Made by a program: the position numbers and the translations under genes. The notes under the pieces are model-generated. The model saw only the letters and a list, made by a program, of their open reading frames with translations, had not been told where the DNA came from and did not search any database. From a bacterium (GTDB lineage: Bacteria; Bacillota; Clostridia; Oscillospirales; Oscillospiraceae), in contig CAVLCF010000111.1 in NCBI GenBank assembly GCA_963661735.1, forward strand, positions 8,063 through 72,062: a stretch of 64,000 nt of DNA, given 5' to 3'. Each line of letters starts with the position of its first letter. The first letter of the stretch is position 1. This document shows, piece after piece, positions 8,319 to 17,862 of the stretch.

Positions 8319-9554
8319 TCAGTTTGCCTCCTTGTTTGCTTCCATGATCTCCGTCAGGCCCTGGACGCGGGTATCATACTGGGCTTCGGAGAAGTTTCTG
8401 GGGTCCGCCTGGTCGCCGTCAAAGCTCGCTACAGGAATGTCGCAGGCCTGGCCGATCTGGCGGCTCATCTCATACATAAAGCCGCTCCACAGCTTGCAGC
8501 TGCGGTTGGTATGTACCAGCAGGCCCTCCACATGGTTGTCCTTGCAGAGCTTGATTCGCTTGTCTCTGGCATATTCCAGATTAATGGCATTGGGCACCTT
8601 GCAGTAGGCCCGGCACATATCGTCGAAATCCTTATAGATAAAACCGAACGCGTCCGCGTAAATGGTCGTGACCATATTGATGCCTCTGCTCTTCAGGCCG
8701 GTGGAAGTCACCCGCAGCCAGGGCCAGCAGGCGATGCCCTCAAACATGATCCGGTACTTTTCTTCGGCCCGGAAGGTGCTGACGCCCTTTTCGTGGTTGT
8801 CCTCGTATTCCTTTAACAGCGTTTCCATGGCTTCCGCGGCTTCCTTTTTGCCCCGGGCCGTCACCATGACCGCCATGTGATTCAGCAGATCAAAGCCATT
8901 GAAAGGAGATGGCTCATAATGGGCAGTCGCGGTAGCGGCCAGCCAGGCACGGCTGGTGCGGCCGGAATACTCCATGACCTCTTTATACTTTTCATCGCTC
9001 CACTTTTTTCCGGTCAACTTCTCCAACTGGTGGATGGCATCCCAGAACTGGGCCTTGACGTAAGCCACTTCCGCATCGGAAACCTCATAATCCGGATTGA
9101 ACGGAATATCGATCAGGATCATGGGGATATTCAGCTCTTTGGACAGATTTTCATACCACTTGATCATGCAGTTGCAGATGTTGTTGCAGCACAGCAGAAA
9201 ATCCGGCTGGGGCATATTCTGCTCCGGCGCGTCCTTGATTTTCGCGTAGGCCAGACTGATCCGGGCATAGGCGCAGATGTCATTGGAATAGCCGTCCGCT
9301 TCACTGATCTCGCACAGGCGGGCTCCGCCGCCCCGGGCCGCGATACCTGCCGCCTGGTTTTCGGGATAAACCACCGCCAGGCCCAACGTTTCCGGAATTT
9401 CCACAGGGAAATTAGAGGAACACCAACCGACCATTTCGCCCCGGTCCTTTGCCGCCTGGGCATCGGAGTACGCCTTTGCCGCGATCTGTCCCAGCTTATA
9501 CTTCGCGCTGTTGGGATCCGGGGGTGATCTGTGCTTTTTGACTTCTTCTGCCAT
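8319..9554 (-). CDS. 2-hydroxyacyl-CoA dehydratase, alpha/large subunit (HadB/FldB/HgdA-like)
   Basis: ATG 9554 lies 7 nt after GGAGG. The track ORF begins at a TTG 6 nt upstream. HgdA-like sequence with conserved Cys residues. Confidence 0.85.
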   Translation of the reverse strand: MAEEVKKHRSPPDPNSAKYKLGQIAAKAYSDAQAAKDRGEMVGWCSSNFPVEIPETLGLAVVYPENQAAGIAARGGGARLCEISEADGYSNDICAYARISLAYAKIKDAPEQNMPQPDFLLCCNNICNCMIKWYENLSKELNIPMILIDIPFNPDYEVSDAEVAYVKAQFWDAIHQLEKLTGKKWSDEKYKEVMEYSGRTSRAWLAATATAHYEPSPFNGFDLLNHMAVMVTARGKKEAAEAMETLLKEYEDNHEKGVSTFRAEEKYRIMFEGIACWPWLRVTSTGLKSRGINMVTTIYADAFGFIYKDFDDMCRAYCKVPNAINLEYARDKRIKLCKDNHVEGLLVHTNRSCKLWSGFMYEMSRQIGQACDIPVASFDGDQADPRNFSEAQYDTRVQGLTEIMEANKEAN

Positions 9555-9583
9555 ATTCAAACCTCCATAACAAAACTACAGTC

Positions 9584-10357
9584 TTATTTTGCCTTTTGCC
9601 AGGCATATCTGGCCGCGCCGATGGCGCCGAAGAGCTGCGCCCACTCCGAAAAAAGGATGGGGCAGCCGATGTCGCGCTCCAATGCCAGCCGAACGCCCGC
9701 ATTCTGGGCGACCCCGCCGCTCATGCAAACGTCCTTTTCTATGGTACACCGTTTGGCGAGTGACGCTACCCGTGCCGCCACCGATTCACAGATTCCCGCA
9801 ATCAGATCTGCCCTGTCTGCGCCGTTTGCCAGCTGACTGATAACCTCGCTTTCGGCAAACACCGTACAGGTACTGCTGATGGAAACAGCCTTTTTTGCTG
9901 CCTGCGCATACCGTGCCATGTCATTGACAGGGATCTGCAAAATCGTTGCCATAACGTCCAGGAACCTGCCCGTTCCCGCGGCGCACTTGTCGTTCATGAG
10001 GAAGTTCCGCATCTTTCCGTCCTGCGTCAGGGAGATCACCTTTGCGTCCTGCCCGCCGATGTCAATGATCGTGCGAACACTCGGGAATAAAAGATTCACG
10101 CCCAGCCCATGGCAGCTCAGTTCACTGACCTGGAAATCGGCATCCTCCCAGCGGTTCCGACCATAGCCGGTAGCGGCAACAGCCTGAATATCACTTCTGT
10201 CTACCCCAAGCCGCGCCATAGCCTTTCGGACGACCTCTGCCGGACTCTCTGTCCCGATCCCGCCAACCTGCAGTGCCGAAGCAGCAATGCGGGTTCCATT
10301 TTCCAGAATCGCGCATTTTGACGTTGTGGAGCCTATATCGATGCCCATTGTTATCAT
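9584..10357 (-). CDS. 2-hydroxyacyl-CoA dehydratase activator ATPase (HadI/FldI/HgdC, BcrAD_BadFG family)
   Basis: MITMGIDIGSTTSKCAILENG, DIGGQDAK, AAGTGRFL and a cluster-bridging Cys. 257 aa. Confidence 0.88.
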   Translation of the reverse strand: MITMGIDIGSTTSKCAILENGTRIAASALQVGGIGTESPAEVVRKAMARLGVDRSDIQAVAATGYGRNRWEDADFQVSELSCHGLGVNLLFPSVRTIIDIGGQDAKVISLTQDGKMRNFLMNDKCAAGTGRFLDVMATILQIPVNDMARYAQAAKKAVSISSTCTVFAESEVISQLANGADRADLIAGICESVAARVASLAKRCTIEKDVCMSGGVAQNAGVRLALERDIGCPILFSEWAQLFGAIGAARYAWQKAK

Positions 10358-10380
10358 AAGCTATCTCTCCGTGTTTTGTC

Positions 10381-10433
10381 TAACTGGTAATACCAGTTAA
10401 CTAGATTATATAGGTTTCGCATGTATTTGTCAA
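10381..10433 (-). promoter_or_regulatory. Consensus sigma-70 promoter of the dehydratase cluster with overlapping palindromic operators
   Basis: On the minus strand: TTGACA (10428-10433), 17 nt, TATAAT (10405-10410). This is followed immediately by CTAGTTAACT (10395-10404) and the 19-bp palindrome TAACTGGTAATACCAGTTA (10381-10399). Confidence 0.65.
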
Positions 10434-10516
10434 TTCTTTATTCTGAAAGAGCTGCACGAATTTCTCCCCGATTTTTTGTGATATTTGATGATTTTTTGAT
10501 TATTACATTTTCTTGG

Positions 10517-10545
10517 TTGACTTAGTTAACTAGGTGTGCTAAATA
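10517..10545 (+). promoter_or_regulatory. Promoter of the acyl-CoA ligase gene with the TAGTTAACTA palindrome in its spacer
   Basis: TTGACT (10517-10522), then a 17-nt spacer TAGTTAACTAGGTGTGC, then TAAATA (10540-10545). 21 of 22 nt are identical to the acd operon promoter at 40101-40122 on the opposite strand. Confidence 0.6.
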
Positions 10546-10578
10546 TAATAGGAGATTATCTTGGAAGGGGGAATTTCT

Positions 10579-12177
10579 ATGGTTCCGTTAAAAGCTTTGA
10601 CCGTGGGACAACTCCTGCGCCGCACAGCCGCCAGGTACCCGGAGGCCCCCGCCGTGTGGTATGCGGGCAGATTTCAAAGCTACCGTGCGCTGAATCAGCA
10701 CATCCGCAGTGCGGCGGCTCGCCTGCTGTCGCTGGAGGTCCGTCCCGGAACGCACATTGCCCTGCTGGGAGAGCTGGACCCGGAAATGCTTGCCTTATTC
10801 TATGCCATTCAGGATGTGGGCTGCGTAGCCGTTATGCTCAACACCAGCCTTGGAAACGGAGAACTTCTTCCTCTTCTGGCCCATGCCGATGTGCGTTACC
10901 TATTTGTCGGAAGAAGCTACAAATCCGAAAGGATGCTGCTGGAGCAGACCTCGGAAATGCCGCTTCCTCTCTGCGTGCAGGAACTGCTTACGGTCGGGAA
11001 CCTATACGCTCCCGGCCGCCGCAGTCTCTCTTCTCTCCCATCCGTTTCCGAAGAAAGACTTTCCATAGCGGAAGCGCGGGTTTCCCCCGCCGATACGGCT
11101 CTGATCCTGTTCACTTCCGGCAGCACCGGCCTGCCAAAAGCCGTCATGAGCAGCCACTACTCCCGGGTCAACGGCGGCATCCAGCAGGCCCATGACATGG
11201 GTACCGATCATGAGGACCGTTTCTGCGTGACCATGCCCATCTTTCACTGCTTCTGCATTTCCGTCAATCTGATGGCAAGCCTGGCCGTTGGGGGCTGTCT
11301 GTGCATTCCAAAGGACCGTCACACCGCCAGCATTACAGAAACGGTGCGCCGCTGCGGCTGCACCGTTCTGAGTTCCGTCCCGACCATGTTCCACGCGTTG
11401 ATCTCTAAGAAAGAATACGATCCCCGGAAATTCTCCACAGTCCGTACCGGCATCATCGGCGGCGCTTTCTATTCCCCGGAGGAATTTCTGTGTATCGAAC
11501 GGGCTATCGGGCCCCAATTCTGCCTCCTTTCCAGTCTCGGACAGACGGAGACCACCGCGGGGCTGACCATTTGCGATCCTACGGACCCGGCATCCGTACG
11601 CAGCCGGACCGTTGGACATTTCATGGACCATGTAGAGGGCAAGATCGCCGATGTGTCCACCGGAAAAGCACTGCCTGTCGGCTCCTGCGGAGAGATCTGC
11701 GTGCGGGGCTACCTGACCATGCAGGGCTATTACAAAAATCCCGGGCAGACCGCCAAAACACTGGATGCCGATGGCTGGGTCCATACCGGCGATCTGGGCA
11801 TTCTGGACGCTGACGGAAACATAACGCTCAAAGGACGCCTCAAAGAGTTGATTATCCGCGGCGGTGAAAACATCAGCCCCTGCGAAATTGAGACGGCCCT
11901 TCTCTCTCTCCCGCAGATCAGCCGATGCAAAGTCGTCGGTGTGCCGGACGCACACTACGGAGAGGAAGTCTGTGCCTGCATACAGCTTTGCGCTCCCATT
12001 CGGGAAAATGCAATTCGGGCACATCTTCGGGCGCAGCTTGCCGATTACAAAATCCCCCGCTTTTTTCTCTTCTGGGACACCTTGCCGCTGACCGCCTCCG
12101 GAAAAGTCAGCGGCGCAAAATGTAAGGAGCAGGCATGTCGGCAGCTCCTGAAGCAAATTATGCCGGTACTTTCATAA
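10579..12177 (+). CDS. AMP-dependent acyl-CoA synthetase/ligase
   Basis: ATG 10579 follows GGAAGGGGG. AMP-binding motif LFTSGSTGLPKAV, YGQTE-like SLGQTET, and GWVHTGDLG. Confidence 0.85.
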   Translation: MVPLKALTVGQLLRRTAARYPEAPAVWYAGRFQSYRALNQHIRSAAARLLSLEVRPGTHIALLGELDPEMLALFYAIQDVGCVAVMLNTSLGNGELLPLLAHADVRYLFVGRSYKSERMLLEQTSEMPLPLCVQELLTVGNLYAPGRRSLSSLPSVSEERLSIAEARVSPADTALILFTSGSTGLPKAVMSSHYSRVNGGIQQAHDMGTDHEDRFCVTMPIFHCFCISVNLMASLAVGGCLCIPKDRHTASITETVRRCGCTVLSSVPTMFHALISKKEYDPRKFSTVRTGIIGGAFYSPEEFLCIERAIGPQFCLLSSLGQTETTAGLTICDPTDPASVRSRTVGHFMDHVEGKIADVSTGKALPVGSCGEICVRGYLTMQGYYKNPGQTAKTLDADGWVHTGDLGILDADGNITLKGRLKELIIRGGENISPCEIETALLSLPQISRCKVVGVPDAHYGEEVCACIQLCAPIRENAIRAHLRAQLADYKIPRFFLFWDTLPLTASGKVSGAKCKEQACRQLLKQIMPVLS

Positions 12178-12214
12178 TTTTCGGAATGTGTCCGCCCATT
12201 TTACAGAAATGCGC

Positions 12215-12243
12215 TTGTCAGGTGCTGTGAAATATGGTATGCT
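12215..12243 (+). promoter_or_regulatory. Probable promoter of the GntR gene
   Basis: TTGTCA, 17 nt, TATGCT. Followed by an imperfect TAGGTTAAATAACTA element (12243-12257). Confidence 0.4.
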
Positions 12244-12280
12244 AGGTTAAATAACTATTCAAAGGAACGGAGTACGCACT

Positions 12281-13009
12281 ATGGCAGAGCAAAATACCAC
12301 CAATATCAATTTCCAGCCGGCCGTCACCAAGCGGGCCAGCGAGATCATTTTTGACCAGGTAAAAGACATGATTATCCGCCGGGAGCTGAAGCCCGGCGAC
12401 CGGCTCCCCAGCGAACGCAACATGATGGATATGTTCCAACGCAGCCGCCCTACCATCCGGGAAGCTCTGCGGATGCTGGAGCGAGGCGGCTATATCCGCA
12501 CCATCGCCGGAAGCAATGGCGCTGTGGTTCTGGAGCCGGACAACCACAGCATTCAGCAATCCATTGAGGAAGCCCTCCAGATCGGGCAGATCGATTTGGG
12601 CGAAATGAGCGAATACCGCCGCATCAGCGAAGCCGCCACCGTCGCCTGGGCCTGCCAGCGCCGGACAGAGGAGGATATTTCCCTACTGCGCAAACAGCTG
12701 GATAAAATGGCGGAAAACCTTCAGGACCCTGCCGCCTACATCGCCATGGACCCAGAGTACCACGGTCTCATTGCCTCCGCCGGAAAGAACACCGTCAGCA
12801 TGCTCATGAGCCAGACCTTGAGCAGCATCAACCAGAATTTTATGCGCAATAAGATCTCCGCGCTCCCGGAGGTTGAGCAGCATAAGATGCTCAAAAAGGT
12901 CCACGAAAAGCATGAGGAGATTTTCCGCGCCATCCAGGCCCAGGACGAGCAGGCCGCTTGCGCCGCCATGGAGAAGCACCTGACCTCCTTCCTGGACGAC
13001 CTGAAATAA
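12281..13009 (+). CDS. GntR-family transcriptional regulator, FadR subfamily (FCD domain)
   Basis: Winged-HTH region LKPGDRLPSERNMMDMFQRSRPTIREALRMLERGGYI, with an all-helical C-terminal FCD-like domain. Confidence 0.85.
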   Translation: MAEQNTTNINFQPAVTKRASEIIFDQVKDMIIRRELKPGDRLPSERNMMDMFQRSRPTIREALRMLERGGYIRTIAGSNGAVVLEPDNHSIQQSIEEALQIGQIDLGEMSEYRRISEAATVAWACQRRTEEDISLLRKQLDKMAENLQDPAAYIAMDPEYHGLIASAGKNTVSMLMSQTLSSINQNFMRNKISALPEVEQHKMLKKVHEKHEEIFRAIQAQDEQAACAAMEKHLTSFLDDLK

Positions 13010-13172
13010 TCGACGGAACACTTCGAAGATTGCGCTTGGCTGCGGCTGCTGCATGGAAAAAGCAGCTGGCCGCAGTTGGCTTTTTATTGCATCACGTTCC
13101 CTACCCGACCGCGTTGGGGAGCGGGTCTTCTATCTGCGGACAACAATTGGTGCAAGTGTTTTTCCAAAATTT

Positions 13173-13202
13173 TTCCCGGATACGCAAACGCGTATCCGGG
13201 AA
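13173..13202. terminator. Hairpin terminator between convergent genes
   Basis: 13-bp perfect arms TTCCCGGATACGC / GCGTATCCGGGAA, flanked by A/T runs on both sides. Confidence 0.65.
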
Positions 13203-13247
13203 TTTTAAGGGTTATCGTATCCGCGCAAAACGGCGCTTCTCTTTGGC

Positions 13248-15056
13248 TTAGATGCAGGTGTTCATAACGGAGTTCACGCCCATAAACATTGCCGTTACAA
13301 AGGCCGAGGTCCATGCGTTGCCGCTCTTCCGGTAGAGGAACGTATTTATGGATGCAGCAGCCGCAATGGTAAAGGACAGGCCGAAGTGAGAGTGGGCAAC
13401 CAGGTTATTGAACGCATTTTTCACGCCCGCCTGGGTCATTGTATTATACCCGAAGAACCACTGAACCAGGAGCAAAATGGTAATGCCAAGGCCGGCAATG
13501 ACCGCGTTCACAACCAGCGCCCGCAGGGTGTCCTTCCACTCGCAGCCGGTATCCGGCAGCCGACGCTCCACATTCATGCTCAGGCAGGAGAACAGGAAGG
13601 CTACAAAGAAGCACAGCACATAGGGGATGCATACGGTAATACGGTGGGACACAATGGGCGCAAAATTGATGAACCAGAAGTGCGGTGTCAGGCCCGTGAA
13701 AACCTCGATCTCCCGCAGCACAAAATTGACGATCAGCTCAACCACCAGGCCAAGGCACAGGGTGCTGACTATGAGCTCCCAATCAATGCCCTTCACCCCT
13801 GCACGAACCAATCCGTAGCTTTCAAGGTTGCCGCCGTGCTTCTTGCCGTCCGTTGCATGGAACACAAAGAACATCACGATTCCAAACGCGGTCAGGCAAG
13901 CCAGCCACAGCATGGTCATATTCAGGAAATAGGCCGGGAATAGTTTGCTGGAACGGCGGACTCCGGAAATTGCCTTGAGTTCAAAAAACACCATTGGCAG
14001 AATCACGCCCAGAACCGCGCTGATGGCAAAGCCCATCTTATTTCCGCCTGCAAGGAAACCAACATTTTGGGGCATAGGCTGACGGATTCTTCCAAAGGAG
14101 GGAACCATATCCATCAGCATACAGGCAGTAACCGGTACCAGAACGCAGATCAGGATGGACAAAACCAGACCAAAGGCCTCCCGGATTTCCCAAACGGAGC
14201 TGTCCGGGTCCACATAACGATAGTTGCACCCGTAAGCCTCAGCGCTCTTCATTGCGAACTCCGTCAGACGCGCCGTTGTTTCATGGTTAAAGGTACCGGC
14301 CGCATGGGTCATCGCGGTCTGCCCGAAATACTTGGCAGTGCCGTCTGCAAAGCTGCCGTAAACCTTGCCGACTTCAATCTGATCGTTGCTGGTAATGCCG
14401 AATTGCTCAAAGTCGGTGTACAGAGGCGCCAGCCAGCCGTCAACCAGAATGCCCTCCTTGCCGTTCTGGGCAACGGTATCCTTGGTGCCCTGATAATACA
14501 TAACGTTGCAGGGATAGGGCTCGCACTGGTTGGTATTTACCAGAATCACGCACTTTACCTGGTCTGGGTAATCCTCCGCAAGGACACGGCAAGGATTTCC
14601 TCCCTGAGAGATGCCAGCCAGCGTAATGTTATCAGACTGAACGATGGGCAGGGTCAGCGCGTAATCCATCATCGTCTTTACCGGCTCAATAATGTAGTTG
14701 TACCGAGCATCCCGGGCAGTAACGGAATACTTTTCGGACGCACCGCCGCCGGCGCCGTCAGGCAGCAGGCACACGAAACCTCTGCGGGCCATTTCCAGGC
14801 CCCAGGTCTCCATGGCGCGGGCATCCGCGGAACCGCCGTGACAGTCCACAAACAAAGGCGCAGGATTTTCGTTGGTTGCGTTGGCAGGGATCATCATCAG
14901 ACCGCTGTAGGTCAGTCCGTCGTCACCGACCAACTCAATGCGCTTGATTTTTACAAAGCCCTTGCTGGAAGCAAAATAGGACATGCACACGGTGCACATC
15001 AAAATTGCAGCCAGCAGGATCAGGAAAACTCTTGCATAAATGGATTTCTTTTTCAT
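13248..15056 (-). CDS. Signal-anchored alpha/beta-hydrolase plus polytopic membrane domain (paralog 2 of 5)
   Basis: MKKKSIYARVFLILLAAILMC anchor, IPANATNENPAP..CHGG, elbow GISQG. C-terminal TM domain with MNVERRLPDTGCEWKD and FLYRKSGN. Confidence 0.8.
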   Translation of the reverse strand: MKKKSIYARVFLILLAAILMCTVCMSYFASSKGFVKIKRIELVGDDGLTYSGLMMIPANATNENPAPLFVDCHGGSADARAMETWGLEMARRGFVCLLPDGAGGGASEKYSVTARDARYNYIIEPVKTMMDYALTLPIVQSDNITLAGISQGGNPCRVLAEDYPDQVKCVILVNTNQCEPYPCNVMYYQGTKDTVAQNGKEGILVDGWLAPLYTDFEQFGITSNDQIEVGKVYGSFADGTAKYFGQTAMTHAAGTFNHETTARLTEFAMKSAEAYGCNYRYVDPDSSVWEIREAFGLVLSILICVLVPVTACMLMDMVPSFGRIRQPMPQNVGFLAGGNKMGFAISAVLGVILPMVFFELKAISGVRRSSKLFPAYFLNMTMLWLACLTAFGIVMFFVFHATDGKKHGGNLESYGLVRAGVKGIDWELIVSTLCLGLVVELIVNFVLREIEVFTGLTPHFWFINFAPIVSHRITVCIPYVLCFFVAFLFSCLSMNVERRLPDTGCEWKDTLRALVVNAVIAGLGITILLLVQWFFGYNTMTQAGVKNAFNNLVAHSHFGLSFTIAAAASINTFLYRKSGNAWTSAFVTAMFMGVNSVMNTCI

Positions 15057-15077
15057 AGTTGTCCGTTCCCTTTCTTT

Positions 15078-16871
15078 TTATCCGATGCTGAACGCACCCA
15101 GAGGATAGGTCTGGCCATAGAGGCAGGCAGCCAGGCAGCAGATGATACCCATCAGGAAGGCACCAAGCCAGATATTGCCGGTCTTGCGGTAAGCATAGGT
15201 ATTACCGGTGCCGGCCAGGAACATTCCCACGGGCATACCCCAGATTCTGGTAATGTCCGTTCCCCAATTCGGCAGTGCCGCCCCCTGTGTGCTGCCCATG
15301 TGGATCTGCACGGCATTTTCGATAATAACCATGACTGTAATGCTTGCGGTTGCCAGTAGGCCATTGAACAAAACAGCGATCACATCATCCAGCTTTTCGT
15401 TGCCTGTGGAGGGAAGACGGCGTTCAACATTCATGCCCACAGCGGCAATCGCGAAGCTGGGGATCCAAATCAGCAGATAAGGAATGTAATAGACGAATTT
15501 CTTCAGCTCGATATCCTTGAAACCGAAGAACAGGCAATAGAAGTCGGTACCGAGAATATCATCCTGCATCTTCATGTAGGTAAAGCCGGTAAATACGGAA
15601 AAGGCCGCCACCAGGAAAGCCTTGCCAACCATGCTCCACTGGATCTTGGTCTTGCCCTCGGCGGTCAGGCCAAGATCCCGCAGATTCGCATGGGCCTTCC
15701 TGCCGTCCGTGGCCATGTACAGGAAGAACATCAACAGGCCGAACAGATTCAGCTCCGCAACGATCACCACAGCATAGTGGGCAAAGCGTACCCGGAAGAC
15801 AGTATCCGCCAGATTTCTGGCGCCTCCCAAGGCATTGATCAGACCGAAGCCGCCAGTATAAAGCACGATCAAGGGGAAAACCAATGCCATCACAATGCTG
15901 ATCGCCAGGCCTACCCCGCGCAGGCCCACATTTCTGGGCAGCGGCTGCTTCAATTCCGCCAGAACCGGCATCTGGTCGATCAGCATCAGTGCCAGATTCA
16001 GCATAAACGCCACAAACACAAACATTCCGATCAGGCCCAGAGCATCCTTCCAGAACCAGACCTGATTCTCAGCGTCAATATACTTTACAGGGGAAACAAT
16101 CTGCTGAGAAAAGTCCAGAATAGCGGCAATATGTTTGGAATTGACAAATACACCCTCGTGGATCTGATCCTTGATCCGCACGAACTTGTGGGCATTGCCC
16201 TCCTCTATGCTGCCGTATACAACATTCTGCTCCACCGTCTCACCCCGCGCCAGGACGCCGTCATTCGCGAACTGCTTGGAGATGGTATCTTCATACTTTC
16301 CCTCGGGGCAAGCCTTGTCCGCTGTACCGGCTACAACCAGATAGGCATGCTCCAGCTGCCGTTCCGTGTTGAACTCTTTGCCGCCGCCATCTGAAACAAT
16401 GGTCAGCGCAGGCTGGAACCGCAGGCCCATCTCCTGCGTGAAATCACCGCCGATGGAGTGACCGGATAGGATGATCTTTGTGTTGTCCACAATGGGGCAG
16501 TCATACAGATAGCGGGTAAACAGGTCGCAGATTGCGTATCTGTCTCTGCCATTGTACTCACTGTTTCCGGAGCCAAGGTTGTCGACCGCGATGACAACAT
16601 AGCCGCGGCGTGCATATTCCATCGCCCATGCCTCGTGGTTTCTGCCATTGCCGGAACCACCGTGATACATCATGATGCCGGGTGCCGGCGTATCATTTGT
16701 GGCATTTTTCGGAATGTACATCAGAGCGCTGTTGCTGAGCCCATCGTCTCCGATCAGCGTCAGGCGTTGAATCTTGACATTTCCCCAGCCGGAAACCACG
16801 CCCCAATTGAGTATGGAAACCAGCAGAAGCAATACCAGATTGATGAGAAATACCTTTGTCGTTTTTTTCAT
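15078..16871 (-). CDS. Signal-anchored alpha/beta-hydrolase plus polytopic membrane domain (paralog 3 of 5)
   Basis: ATG 16871 follows GAAGGAGG (codon 28 of the track ORF). YIPKNATNDTPAP..YHGGSGNGRN, elbow GHSIG, His in QIHEG, MNVERRLPSTGNEKLD, IWGMPVGM, YAYRKTGN. Only 21 nt separate it from paralog 2, so they are likely co-transcribed. Confidence 0.82.
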   Translation of the reverse strand: MKKTTKVFLINLVLLLLVSILNWGVVSGWGNVKIQRLTLIGDDGLSNSALMYIPKNATNDTPAPGIMMYHGGSGNGRNHEAWAMEYARRGYVVIAVDNLGSGNSEYNGRDRYAICDLFTRYLYDCPIVDNTKIILSGHSIGGDFTQEMGLRFQPALTIVSDGGGKEFNTERQLEHAYLVVAGTADKACPEGKYEDTISKQFANDGVLARGETVEQNVVYGSIEEGNAHKFVRIKDQIHEGVFVNSKHIAAILDFSQQIVSPVKYIDAENQVWFWKDALGLIGMFVFVAFMLNLALMLIDQMPVLAELKQPLPRNVGLRGVGLAISIVMALVFPLIVLYTGGFGLINALGGARNLADTVFRVRFAHYAVVIVAELNLFGLLMFFLYMATDGRKAHANLRDLGLTAEGKTKIQWSMVGKAFLVAAFSVFTGFTYMKMQDDILGTDFYCLFFGFKDIELKKFVYYIPYLLIWIPSFAIAAVGMNVERRLPSTGNEKLDDVIAVLFNGLLATASITVMVIIENAVQIHMGSTQGAALPNWGTDITRIWGMPVGMFLAGTGNTYAYRKTGNIWLGAFLMGIICCLAACLYGQTYPLGAFSIG

Positions 16872-17005
16872 TGCTTTGCCTCCTTCTTTCTTCCGGACAG
16901 AGTTTTCTGTCGTTTTCGAGGCCATTGTATGCATCGACTTTGGCGCAAGCAATGCGCTGTGCGTATCTGGTCATTTTCGCTTCCTAACTGAGCATATTGA
17001 GGAAG

Positions 17006-17034
17006 TTGACATATATTCGAATCGTTGCTATAAT
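17006..17034 (+). promoter_or_regulatory. Consensus sigma-70 promoter of TCS-2
   Basis: TTGACA (17006-17011), 17 nt, TATAAT (17029-17034). Confidence 0.6.
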
Positions 17035-17145
17035 TTTCTTGTCAAAAATGCACACTTCTCCAAAAAGTCACAAATAAAAACGCATTTTGTTTCGTGGAAA
17101 ATTGAGAGAGGCATGTGCCAATCGATGTCCGGGAGGAATGCGGCC

Positions 17146-17862
17146 ATGTGGACCATTGGTATCTGTGATGACGAGCAGGATATGCGCACGCAGCTGAAGG
17201 ATGCCCTTTTGCGCTTCAGTGGGGAAGCCAATGAGCCGTTGGAATTTATTTGTTATCGAAGTGCCGAAGAGCTCATTCAGGAAATCTCCCCGAAAGTTGA
17301 CATTCTGCTGCTGGATATCCGAATGGGCAAGTTGTCCGGCATGGAGGCCGCCCGCAGACTGCGGGACAAAGGATTCCAGCTCCCCATTATTTTCATTACA
17401 ACCATGGCGCAGTATGCTATTGAGGGATACTCCGTTCATGCATTCAGCTTTCTGAAAAAGCCAATACAGTACCAGCAACTGAAGCTTGTTCTCTGCGATG
17501 CCATCCGCATGCTGCGCCGCAGCCGGGGCGATAGCATCCAGCTGACGTGGAACGGGCAGACCACGCACGTCCAGACCCAGGACATTTTGTATCTGGAGGC
17601 ATATGGGCACCGCGTGGATATGCATATGGTGAACGGAGAAATTCTCCCCTGTTCCCCCTCCCTGTCCGAACTGGAAGAGGAGCTTGGTCCGTTTGGATTC
17701 TACCGCGCGCACAAGAGTTACCTCATCAATTTTGAATATCTGCAAAAAGTCGAATTGACAGCAATCGTTTTTGCGAATGGTCTTGCGCTGCCCCTCAGCA
17801 AACATCGCCGGAAAGATCTCCGTATTGCATTTGCCAACTATTGCGGGAGGAATATACTATGA
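17146..17862 (+). CDS. LytTR-family response regulator (TCS-2)
   Basis: ATG 17146 follows GGGAGG. MWTIGICDDEQ...LLLDIRMGKLSG receiver domain. LytTR domain FYRAHKSYLINF...PLSKHRRKDL. Confidence 0.88.
   Translation: MWTIGICDDEQDMRTQLKDALLRFSGEANEPLEFICYRSAEELIQEISPKVDILLLDIRMGKLSGMEAARRLRDKGFQLPIIFITTMAQYAIEGYSVHAFSFLKKPIQYQQLKLVLCDAIRMLRRSRGDSIQLTWNGQTTHVQTQDILYLEAYGHRVDMHMVNGEILPCSPSLSELEEELGPFGFYRAHKSYLINFEYLQKVELTAIVFANGLALPLSKHRRKDLRIAFANYCGRNIL

Noticed and set aside
16961-16970. GCGTATCTGG (gene orientation CCAGATACGC) lies 8 nt upstream of a TTGCTT-17-TACAAT promoter for paralog 3.
   Set aside because: It matches only 7 of 10 consensus positions and has no partner repeat 21 nt away. 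I kept it as a possible half-site, not a call.
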